Below the pieces are notes generated by a model that worked only from the letters and a program-made list of their open reading frames with translations, ran no database searches and was not told the DNA's origin. A program made the position numbers and the translations under genes. Positions 1 to 10,311 of a stretch of DNA of 64,000 bases are shown here, piece by piece. Position 1 is the first letter of the stretch. The number at the start of each line of letters is the position of its first letter. Source of the DNA: Eledone cirrhosa (taxonomy: Eukaryota); the NCBI GenBank assembly GCA_964016885.1, contig OZ024742.1, positions 319,114,001 to 319,178,000 on the forward strand, given 5' to 3'.

Positions 1-2072
1 GAAAAATTACTGAATGAAGAGAATGTATGGGAGAAAGAGACCCTTCTCCCAGCAGTACAAGTCAGCAGCAGTGTAGTTAATAAGTCAATTAAGGATATGA
101 AAACTGGGAAAGCAGCCAGTCAATCAGGAATATTTGCTGAGATGCTGAGCATCTGGGTCAGTAGGACACACCATAACCACACGTATTGTAAACCAAGTAA
201 TACTAGATGGCATCATACCAAATGAGTGGTGCAGCAGCATCATTGTCAATTGCTATAAGGGTAAAGGGGATGCACTATATAGAGGTATAAAACTGATGGA
301 CCAGGTAATGAAAGTAACAGAAAGAGTCATAGCACAGTTGATTAGGGTCAGGGTAAATCTAGATGAGATGCAGTTTGGATTTGTGCCAGGCAAAAGTACC
401 ACTGATCCCCTTCTCCTTGTGAGACAGTTACAGGAAAAGTACCAAGCTAAAAGTAAGCCCCTCTACCTAGCATTTGTTGATCTGGAGAAAGCTTTCAACA
501 GAGTTCCACATCACATAATTTGGGGGGCTCTTTAGAAAACTAGGAGTAGATGAGTGGCTTGTGAAGGCTGTACAAGAGAAGCAGTCAGCAAAGTCAGGAT
601 TAACAATGACTATAGCGAGGAATTTAGCGTACAAGTTGGTATCCACCAGGGCTCTGTTCTTAGCCCTCTCTTGTTTTGCAGGCAATAACGGAGAAGTTTA
701 AGATCGGATGTCCATGGGAACTCCTATATGTGTGGATGATCTCGCACTTATAGCTGAATCTATGGTGGAACTAGAGAAGAAATTCCAAACATGGAAGCAG
801 GGCATAGAAAGAAAGGGTCTCAAAGTCAACCTGACAGGCTAAGGTTCTTGTAAGTAGAAGAGAAAACAGAACCCAGATCCTCTCAGGAAAATGACCTTGT
901 TCAGTATATAGGAAAGGCATTGATAGAAACTCCATCCTATGCCCCATATGTGGGTACACAAGAGATGTTGTGGGATCTCAGGAAGTTTAGCTAAGAATGT
1001 AGGCTTTACATGTAGCAGTTGCACCAGTACAGTAAGCAGTACAGGAAACAAGCACTACCAAATTCTGGGAGCGTTCTGTAGAAACAGTAGACAGCTTCTG
1101 CTACTTAGGTGACCAAATTAGCAGCAGTGGTGGGTGTTCTGAAAGTACAGTAGCCAGAGTAAGAATGGGATGGAAGAAGTTCAGGGAGCTGCTACCACTG
1201 CTAGCTACAAAAGGCTTCTCTCTCAGAATGAAAGGCAGACTGTATGATGCGTGCATACGAACAGCTATGTTGCATGGTAGTGAGACTTGGGTGCTGTGTG
1301 CAGAAGACTTGCATAGATTGGAAAGAAATGAAACCTGCATGCTCCGATGGATATGTAATAGAACAGCGAAGCTTAAATGAACTGAAAGAGAAACTAGGCA
1401 TACGAGGAATCAAATGCTGTGTGCAGGAGAGGAGATTGCATTGATATGGACATGTGATGCGTATGAAGGATGACAGCTGCATAAAAAAGTGCAGAGCGCT
1501 CAGTCGATGGAAGGCTTAGAGTGGGAAGACCCAGGAAACCTTGGGATGTGGTGATAAAAGCCGACTTTGCCCAAATGCACCTCTCAAAGGCGATGACACA
1601 TGACCGGGATCTCTGGTGATGAGCAGTAACACAGAAGATCCGAGTTCCCACAAGCATAAGCTTAAGCATATATGCAGTATGTCCCACCCTAACCCACCCT
1701 CCCATACACCCCCAGGAGGACAGGCCAAAAAAGTAAATGCATCCTGTGAAGCCCCGCCAGTCCACACTGTAAAGTGACCGCGATTGTGACACGGCAAAAA
1801 GTGCCCAGCCCACTCTGTAAAGTGGTCATATAGGTGTCACGACAAAAAAACACCCAGCCCACACTGTAAAGTGGTCGTGTAGGTGTCATGATAAAAAGCA
1901 CCCAGTACTCAATGTAGATTGAGGTTGACGTTGGGGGAGGGGGGGCATCCAGCTACAGAAACTAAGCCAGAACCAGACCGGTATAAACAAGACAGGATTG
2001 CCCATGACAGGACAATCCCGCCTAACCCATGCTAGTGTGGAAAATAGACATAAAGATGGAGGTGATGATGAT
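1..2072 (+). mobile_element. Degraded RTE-clade LINE (RT region, 3' UTR and (GAT)n tail)
   Basis: QFGFVPGKSTTD, AFVDLEKAF and WKKFRELLPLL motifs with stops and frameshifts; 3' tail taacccatgctag...gatgatgat. Confidence 0.93.
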
Positions 2073-2130
2073 ATGTGCATATATATACAAATATGTATAT
2101 ATAGACCATGTGTGTATATATGTATATAAC

Positions 2131-2395
2131 ATCCAGCCCACACTGTAAAGTGATTGTGTAGGTGTCACGACAAAAAGCACCCAGTGCACACTGTAAAGTG
2201 GACGTGTAAAAGACACGGCAAAAAGCACCCAGCACACACTGTCAATGTGGTTGGCATTAGGAAGAGCATCCAGCTGTAGAAAACCTGTCAGAAACATTCC
2301 TATATGAGCAAGACACAGTTACTCCACCCAACTTGCCTCTAGATAGGACTAACCCATGTTAGCATGGAAGATAGACGTTAATCGATGATGATGAT
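2131..2395 (+). mobile_element. RTE 3'-UTR / RTE-tailed SINE fragment
   Basis: cacactgtaaag subrepeats, taggaagagcatccagctgtagaaa motif and (GAT)n tail. Confidence 0.8.
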
Positions 2396-2451
2396 ACACC
2401 TGGAGTAACTTTCATCACAGGTATGTTTGATCACAACTCCAAAGTATAGCT

Positions 2452-2597
2452 CAGGCATGGGCAACCTTTTTCGAACAGTGGGCCGCATAGGATGTGGCTT
2501 ATCATATGGTGGGTTGCACTACAAAAAAATTCAAGGCAATTTTGGAATTAGGCATGCCATTCAGAAAGCCAAACAGGCAGTAGTTTGCCCATGACTG
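2452..2597. mobile_element. 146-bp hAT MITE with perfect 8-bp TSD
   Basis: TIRs CAGGCATGGGCAA...TTGCCCATGACTG; GTATAGCT at both 2444-2451 and 2598-2605. Confidence 0.9.
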
Positions 2598-2698
2598 GTA
2601 TAGCTGAAGAGAAGAGAAAGCAACTACAATTTGATATACAGTTGTACTAATGCTGAACACTTTGATTGTAATTCATGTGTATATTCTTTTATTTCTAG

Positions 2699-2839
2699 CA
2701 CTGATGATGCTTTTATTCGAGTGGATATCAGTCATAGTCATGCTATATATATCCTCGGCATAATTGTTGGATGGATTTATTTCATAGTGTGGACAGTTTC
2801 CTTTTATCCTCAGGCAATTCTAAACTTTCAGAGGAAAAG
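2699..2839 (+). CDS. CTNS: Cystinosin coding exon (TM1, first PQ motif); upstream exons lie outside the window
   Basis: tttctag|C ACT GAT... reads TDDAFIRVDISHSHAIYILGIIVGWIYFIVWTVSFYPQAILNFQRK, ending AG|gtaagt. Matches human GWIYFVAWSISFYPQ. Confidence 0.95.
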
Positions 2840-3499
2840 GTAAGTTAGATTTTCTACTATTTTTTTTTGTGTATTTTCTTTATAACTAGAATTTTTTTAA
2901 ACATGCTGACGCGTGTGTGTGTGCATATGCATATATTTACATGTACGAGTGTATAAATATAAACGTGTAAACACACACACACTTACAAAAATACATTCCC
3001 ACAAATACACATACATTCACACAAACACACACACACCTTGTGTGATGGACGGATGGAAGTCACTCAAATTTATTTATAGATGATCTATTAATTTACATAG
3101 TCATCGCATGGAGATTGAAATTCTAAGCTTTTCCAGACCTTATAATCACTTAGGTAGAACAAACAAGAGTGCCATCACCTTCTATATGCAAGGCTCAGAT
3201 TGCTGTAGTTGATGATATGCAGGCATGCATTGAGAGCTGCAGCATCTGCAGATTCCTTGATAGTGAGCAGATGTGATTGCTGATTTTTGAAGCACATCTT
3301 TCTGCAGTTTGTCTCTTTAATGTAACAATAAGCACCTGGAATTTGGAATGTTATCAGATACTCATACTGTTGGATTATATGAAAAGATAGTAGTAAGCAA
3401 GAGCAATGATATTCTTGGAACTTTCAAGGCAAGGAAAGATTAAATAAAAATCCAAGGATTATGACAACATTCAAAAATCTTTATCTTTCATACTACCAG

Positions 3500-4230
3500 A
3501 GGGCCTTACTAGTTTGAGATATACTCTACAGGTATGGAAGTGCCATCAGCTGGGTAGGTCCAAGATGACCACAAATAGCGGTGAACTTCAAATCAAAGGA
3601 AAGAGGGAGGGATTTCTTCTCACAAGATGTGGATTTATTTCATGTTTGAGATGTAACTGGGTTTAGATCAACAAAGTATTCTCTGCATTTAGTGAGGATG
3701 TACTTCTCTGAAGAGAGAAGAACCCCTGACACGTTGAGCTGAGCTGTCAACTAATCGTCATCTAGTTCTCTGCAGCTTGAGACTACCTAAAGCCAAGAAA
3801 ACTCACAAAACTTCCAGATAAGGAGGTCAGAGCTAGATATGTGAATCCTATTCCATCCAATTTCAGAGAACTCCCTGAGCAAAGTGAGGATGTTGAAACA
3901 GAGTGGAGACTGTTCAGCTTGGCAGTTTCTGCTTCAGGTATGTGGATTAAAGCAGCTTCATGTGGTGCCAGATGGCAGGAGGACCCTTTGGTTCAATAAA
4001 GAAATTAAAGATGCCATCCAAGCAAACAAGAAAGCCTATAAAGCTTGGTTTGGAAATAAGTCCTTCTTGCACTTGCAGTATAAGTAGGTACGAAAAGTCA
4101 CAGCAGAGACAGTAAAGGCATCCAAAGTTAAGACATCAGAGGACTTTAAGTTTAGTTGGAATCCAACTTTAGATTAGTAAATAAAATATTCTGGCAAACC
4201 ATCCACGAACTTCGTAATAAGAAATCCCCC
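3500..4230 (+). mobile_element. Old, highly degraded RTE-like LINE fragment (endonuclease end and linker)
   Basis: AELSTNRHLV-like motif, WFNKEIKDAIQANKKAYKAW and MESNF...KIFWQTI remnants. Confidence 0.6.
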
Positions 4231-4422
4231 CGCCCCTATTGGGGAGTTTGTTTTTGTTTGATTTTTTGTTTGATTTTTTTTGTTTTTTGTTTTTTACACA
4301 AAAACCCACACTATCATCCTGTGCTGTCTTTAATGTTTTCTTTTTGTGAACCCTCTGTGGCTAATAAAGAAATCAGTATTATAATAATAATAATAATATT
4401 ATTATTATTTTGTCTTTACTAG

Positions 4423-4522
4423 TGTGGTTGGTTTAAATTTCGAATTTGTGGGCTACAACCTAATCGGTTTCTTGGCTTATGGTATATTTAATGCTTTCCT
4501 CTACTGGGATCCTACCATACAG
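4423..4522 (+). CDS. CTNS: Cystinosin coding exon (TM2)
   Basis: ttactag|T GTG GTT...CAG|gtaata; (S)VVGLNFEFVGYNLIGFLAYGIFNAFLYWDPTIQ vs human SVIGLSFDFVALNLTGF. Phase 2 fits the previous exon. Confidence 0.95.
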
Positions 4523-4892
4523 GTAATATAATTTTTTATAATTTTCTTTTTGTTTTGTTTTTTGATGCAGAAAAGTGTTTGTAAGTTGTATATATATTTA
4601 TGTGTGTGTTTACTATATTGATTATTTATGTGCACACATCCTGTTAATGATGATTGAACTAAAGCAATTCATAGTGGTGGAGGTGGTGGTGATGATGATG
4701 ATGATGATGATGGTGGAGGTTGTGGTGAGAATGATAATGACATTGTACATTTTTTTTTTATCTTTATTTTCCATGGATAATTTAACAATATAAATACATC
4801 TGTTCTAAACATCAGTTGAAAAACTAGGTAGCACAGTTTCTGTGCTACACCAGCAGCTACACCTGCACCCATGCTAAAGCCTTGATATATGC

Positions 4893-5400
4893 TAATAATT
4901 GTTTCTACTTTTGGCACAAGGCCAGCAAAATACCCAGTACATTACTGGTACTTTATTTTATCGACCCCGTAAGGATGAAAGGCAAAGTTAACCTCGACTG
5001 GATTTGAACTCAGACCGTAAAGGGACGTAACTATGCTAGAAAGCATGGCGTCCAACCCTCTACCGATACTGCCAATTCACCGCCCTTATATATATATGCT
5101 AATAATAATAATGGTTTCTGATTTAGGCACAGGGCCAACAATTTTGGCGGAGGGGAGAGGCGAATAAATTGACCCCAGTACATTACTGGTGTTTTATTTT
5201 ATCGACCCCGTGAGGATGAAAAGCAAAGCTAAGCTCTGCATTATTTGAACTCATAATAATAATAGTTTCTGATTTAGGCAAAAGGCCAGCAAATTTTGGG
5301 GAGGGGAAAGTTGATTAAATCGACCCCAGTGCATTACTGGTACTTTATTTTATTGACCCCGTAAGGATAAAAGGCAAAGCTAACCTTGGCTAGGTTAATA
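4893..5400 (-). mobile_element. Three tandem tRNA-derived SINE copies (Deu/Nin-like core)
   Basis: Reverse strand shows B-box GAGTTCAAATCC, core GCCTTTCATCCTTACGGGGTCGATAAAATAAAGTACCAG and (ATT)n tails. Confidence 0.8.
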
Positions 5401-6481
5401 ATAATAATAATATAATTTTTTTTGGCTATGCACAAATTCAACTTTTGCAAGAAATGGAGCTCAAGTTGATTTTATTGAGGTAAACACTTTGTTTTCAATG
5501 ATACACTAGAAGCTATTTTATTAATCCTGATGGAATTGAAAAGCAAACTTGTGCCCCACCCCACCAACAGTAATGCAAGGCTAATTCACTGACCTGCTAA
5601 TTTCTCATATAAGTACAAAGTCACAAATTTAGGATGAGAGAATAGTTGATTAATTTTACTCCAGGAGGATGAACAGTAAAGCCAATCTCAGTTTTGTTTG
5701 TCACTCTACCATTGTCATTATCACTGGATTGACAAAATTATTACGATATTGGACACAATGCTTTTTGGTATTTGTTCCAGTGCTTCATGTTCTGAGTTCA
5801 AATCCCAGTATGGTCAACTTGGACTTTGATCCTTTTAGAGTAAATAAAGTACCAATTAAGTACTGGAGTCGATTTAATTGACTAATGCCATCTCCCAAAT
5901 TTCTGGCCTGTGTCTATGTAATAAATTATAATTCATTATCATTATTATCATTGTTATCATCATTATTATTGTTATTAGTCTTATTTTTGTTGTGCATCAT
6001 CACTGCATTACCAAGCACAGCTCTGTGCTCCTTGGGTATGTGCAGTGTGGTTTTTGGTATTGTTGTTTCTATTATATTGTGAGTACTCTTCGTAATATGT
6101 ATGCAGTATCTAGTAGTGTTATTTTTTATGCAGTGTATATTTGTAAGTCCTGGTGTTCTGTAAACAAATGCCAATAATATACTGAAATTATTTTTAATCT
6201 TTTGATACCAAACCACCTGAATCACCCTTAGTTCTGATATAAATTAGTTTTATGGAAGAATCATTGTAAAGTTATCTCCCAAACACCTGATAAATAAAAT
6301 TGTTATTAAATTGCTCCAAATTCTTGAATACTTTCAAAATGATTTGAAAATCATAGGTAGTGTCTTTCATCGGTAATGAAGGGGTTAATTGACCAGGGGT
6401 AGGGAACCTGCAGCCATTGAGGCCCTTAACTGCAGCCTTCTGGAAATTGTAATTTAATAATTATTATATAGTGATATATAT

Positions 6482-6587
6482 ATTTATAATCAGAATTAAA
6501 AGGAGGAGAACCAAGTAACACTCATTAAATAAGTTGAACTTATTTAATGAGTGTTACTTCATTCTCCTTTTAATTTTGATTATAAAT
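6482..6587. repeat. ~105-bp palindrome (hairpin) downstream of a hAT-like TIR at ~6394
   Basis: atttataatcagaattaaaaggag...aagtaacactcattaaataagtt-g-aacttatttaatgagtgttactt...ctccttttaattttgattataaat. Confidence 0.85.
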
Positions 6588-7081
6588 GTATAGCAGTTAA
6601 AGGTTTTGTTTTAATGTAATGGTTTAAGTGTGAGAGGCGAGAAAATGTATTGTTTTGTGTAGCAACAAAATGTCATTGTAATGGTAAATGTTAGCAGAAA
6701 GTGAAAGTTTGTTGATCTAGTTGTAAGCCTTTGATAACATTTTTACATGTTTTTATTTACAACTAAATTACAAAGAGTTGAGTTAAGTTGGGCTGACGTG
6801 TCAAACAATTAGTAACAAACAAATTAAGAGTTAAGAAGTAAGAGTGACGTGCCAGGCCAAAAGAGGCCGACAGGCCAAAGTGAAGATCTCACCATTACAT
6901 AATAGTTTCTTTTCCTTTCAAAGTCCAAGCAGCAAGAGAGAGTATATACGAAAGAAGCAGGAAAATCTTTGTTTGGGCGGAAGTTGGAATATATATTGTG
7001 CGCGGCTTACGATTGACCTGACTTAGACAAATCACGCGCAAATAGCTTATAAATACGCCAAAGGCAAGTAGCATCACTACA
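6587..7081 (-). repeat. Unclassified ~500-bp dispersed repeat (TGTA...TACA ends, solo-LTR-like); inverted copy at ~14680-15095
   Basis: ggcggaagttg...cggcttacgattgacctgacttagacaaatcac pairs with gtgatttggctaagtcaggccaatcgtgagccg...caacttccgcc. No clear TSD. Confidence 0.55.
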
Positions 7082-7443
7082 AATGCTCTGCTTATCCTCT
7101 ATATGCATTACTAACTTTTCGTAAGCTATAACTCTTTGCATATATTGCAATGCTTATTAGGATTTCATGAATAAACATTAAACTACACACTGCATTTACG
7201 CCTGGCATTTAATCTTATATATCTATCTCTACTCTCATATGAGATTTGAATATATTTTTCTACTTTATATATATAATGTCCAAGCTATCAGACTTAATAA
7301 ATAGCAGTACATAGTTTTGATTTTCTGGGTTCCAAAACTACAGGCACAATTGACTCAAGAAAATATATCAAGCTTAATATGTATACCCAACACATGGATG
7401 AATGATGAAGTTGATTATTTTTTACACTTTTTATCTACTTCAG

Positions 7444-7563
7444 AAACTGTATTTTGATGAAAACCCTTATGGTGTACTCCCAGTTCAACTCAATGATGTA
7501 GTGTTTACTATGCACGCAACATTGATAACCGTTTTTACAATTGGTCAGATTTTTATATATGAG
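7444..7563 (+). CDS. CTNS: Cystinosin coding exon (TM3)
   Basis: cttcag|AAA...GAG|gtaagt; KLYFDENPYGVLPVQLNDVVFTMHATLITVFTIGQIFIYE vs human PNGVNPVNSNDVFFSLHA...YE. Confidence 0.95.
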
Positions 7564-8497
7564 GTAAGTTTAAATTAGTTCATGCATATATTTTGAGATG
7601 ATAAGCTGCAGGAATAATAAAATAAGTCAGAAACCAGAATAATAACGGAGTATTCCACAAGACATTTTTCGCATTTGAATAAATATACTGAGTAAGATAG
7701 ATCTTTTTAAGTTGTGAGGCAAAATTGATTTGGAGGTTACAGTTGTGAGTTCAAACTTTCAGATTACAGATCTTAATACTGTGTGTTCAATTCCTGGACT
7801 GGAATGTTGTGTTCTTGAGCAAAACACTTCATTTCATGTTGCTCTAGTAAACTCAGTACCAGTAGTAGCTGGAGATTTAACCTGACAAAAAAACACACAG
7901 TCCACGCTGTAATGTGGCCATGTAGGTAACACGGTAAAAAGTTCCCAGTTCCACACTGTAAATGTGGTTGGTGTTAGGAAGAGCATCCAGCTGTAGAAAA
8001 CCTGCCAGATGAGCGAGACACGGTCACCCGACCAACTTTGCCTCAAGTGGGACAACTCCCGTCTAACCCATGCTAGCGTGGAAGATAGACGTTAAATGAA
8101 GATGATGATGATGAATGGACTAGCATCATATCCAGGGGAAAGTCTTGTACTCTGTCATTTAATGCCACAGAAACTGTGATGAGCACCTGCTTGATGAGCC
8201 TCCAGGCTTGAGACAGGACTTTGTTCTGTGTTCAAAATTGCATGATGTTGACTTTACCTTTCAAGTCTTCCAAAGTTGCTAAAATAAATACAGGTTTGAC
8301 TTTACCTTTCATATCCACCACACTGACGTTGGAGTTGACAAACCAGTAATATAACAAGTGATAACCATCAGTAATCTACTGAGGTCATTATAATTAAGCC
8401 TGCTTGAGAAGTCATTATTGGAATTCTATATAAGTTGAAATTCTGTTTGTATTACCTTCAAAATAAATACTAGTAAAATATTTCTCTCTCTCTGCAG

Positions 8498-8668
8498 CGT
8501 GGAGATCAAAAAGTATCCAGAGTAGGCAAAGTGATTGTACTTGGAATGTTAATATTTGTAATAATTACCATAATTATTGCTGCGGCAGGTACAATTAATT
8601 GGTTACAGTTCCTGTATTATCTCTCCTACCTCAAGTTGCTTGTTACCATAATCAAATATATACCTCAG
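8498..8668 (+). CDS. CTNS: Cystinosin coding exon (TM4-TM5, second PQ motif)
   Basis: tctgcag|CGT...CAG|gtaagt; RGDQKVSRVGKVIVLGMLIFVIITIIIAAAGTINWLQFLYYLSYLKLLVTIIKYIPQ. Confidence 0.95.
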
Positions 8669-8899
8669 GTAAGTAAATATTTCTGTCTTGAATGATTGAC
8701 CATTTTTGTACTGATTATATAGATGCAGCTATTGTTCTGAGCTTATGAAGCTCACTTCTTTTTTGTACTGTTACTTATATCTTTTGCTAGTATACATTGC
8801 CAAAAGATTTTATATATATATATATATTTGTGTATATATATTACTCTAACATGTTCCAGCTAACAGGCTGAGGCCATGGTGGGGCACTGCCATTGATGC

Positions 8900-9140
8900 T
8901 ACACCTTCTGAAGTCAGCTTTCCTTCGTTGGCCATTGATGCAAAAAGGAGTTTGTTGCTGCCCCCCTTATTTGCAATTCGCCTCGTGCTGTGACTTCATC
9001 CAAGATGTTGGTCAGCAAAATGTCAAGATGTTTCTTGAAAACATCTCCATGCACACCATGTAAATCTCTCAGATTTTTTGGCAGCTTATTAAAGAGGAGA
9101 TTGTCTATCAGTCAACCACTGGTCACTGTCCTCTGAGACA
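8900..9140 (-). mobile_element. CR1-like LINE 3' fragment
   Basis: Reverse translation gives LFNKLPKNLRDLHGVHGDVFKKHLDILL, a typical CR1/L2 ORF2 C-terminus. Confidence 0.6.
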
Positions 9141-9270
9141 TTTTTGCCCATCCCTGTCTTTGGCAGCATTTGGCTCTTTTAATGACAGTTCTAATGATGA
9201 GTTTTCTCATTTTCATATGACTTCAAATACACTCTTGGTTCATCTCGATCAAAGACAGCAATGTTTATTC

Positions 9271-9431
9271 ATATGTATGTGTATATGTATGTGTGTGTGT
9301 GTATATATATATATGTGTGTGTGTATGTGTGTGTGTGTATATATGTGTGTGTATGTGTGTATATATGTGTGTGTGTGTGTATATATGTGTGTGTATATGT
9401 GTGTGTGTGTGTATATATATGTGTGTGTGTG

Positions 9432-9516
<85 letters not shown>

Positions 9517-9680
9517 ATATATATATGTGTGTATATATATATGTGTGTGTTGTGTATATATATATATATGTGTGTATATATATATGTGTGTGTTGTGTGT
9601 ATATATGTTATATATTTGTGCATATATATATGTGTATATATATATTATATATATTTGTGTGTGTGTGTATATATATATAT
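9271..9680. repeat. Compound (TG)n/(TA)n microsatellite
   Basis: Visible directly. Similar tracts at 10168-10312, 12919-13022, 13495-13680 and 18814-19068. Confidence 0.97.
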
Positions 9681-10167
9681 CATCATCATCATCGTTTAAC
9701 GTCTATCTTCCACGCTTGCATGGGTTTGGACGGGAATTTTCCCACTTGAGGCAAGATTGGTTGTCTTCCTCGTATAGGACTGTCTGGCAGGTTTTCTACG
9801 GCTGGATGCCCTTCCTAACACCAACCACGTTTACAGTGTGGACTGGGAGGTTTTTACTGTGTTACCTACACGGCCACATTACAGCGTGGACTGTGTGTTT
9901 TTTTTGTCGTGACACCTACACGACCTCATTTATTTCGAACTGGATGTTGTGGTACCAACATAACTTTACATCGAAAGAGGTGGTGTGGATGGGGTGGGGG
10001 TAGTGGGACGCAGGTGTATTTTTGTTAAGAGGTGCCTACTAACTGTAGGTTTCGCTTTGTACTTAGGCAAGGCGGGTCTTCGGTATTATTGTGTAGCGCC
10101 AAAGATCTCGGTCCAGTGACATTGTCTTGGAGAGGTGTAAGTGTGTGAGGTCGAAATTTATCAAGTC
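9681..10167 (-). mobile_element. 5'-truncated RTE 3' end (same subfamily as the 62519-64000 copy)
   Basis: Reverse complement aligns with 63666-64000 (gacttgataaatt...gaccgagatctttggcg...). Confidence 0.88.
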
Positions 10168-10311
10168 TATATATATGTATATATATATATATTTGTGTGT
10201 GTATATATATATATGTATATATATTTATGTGTGTATATATATATATGTATATATATTTGTGTGCGTATATATATATGTATATATATATATTTGTGTGTAT
10301 ATATATGTGTA

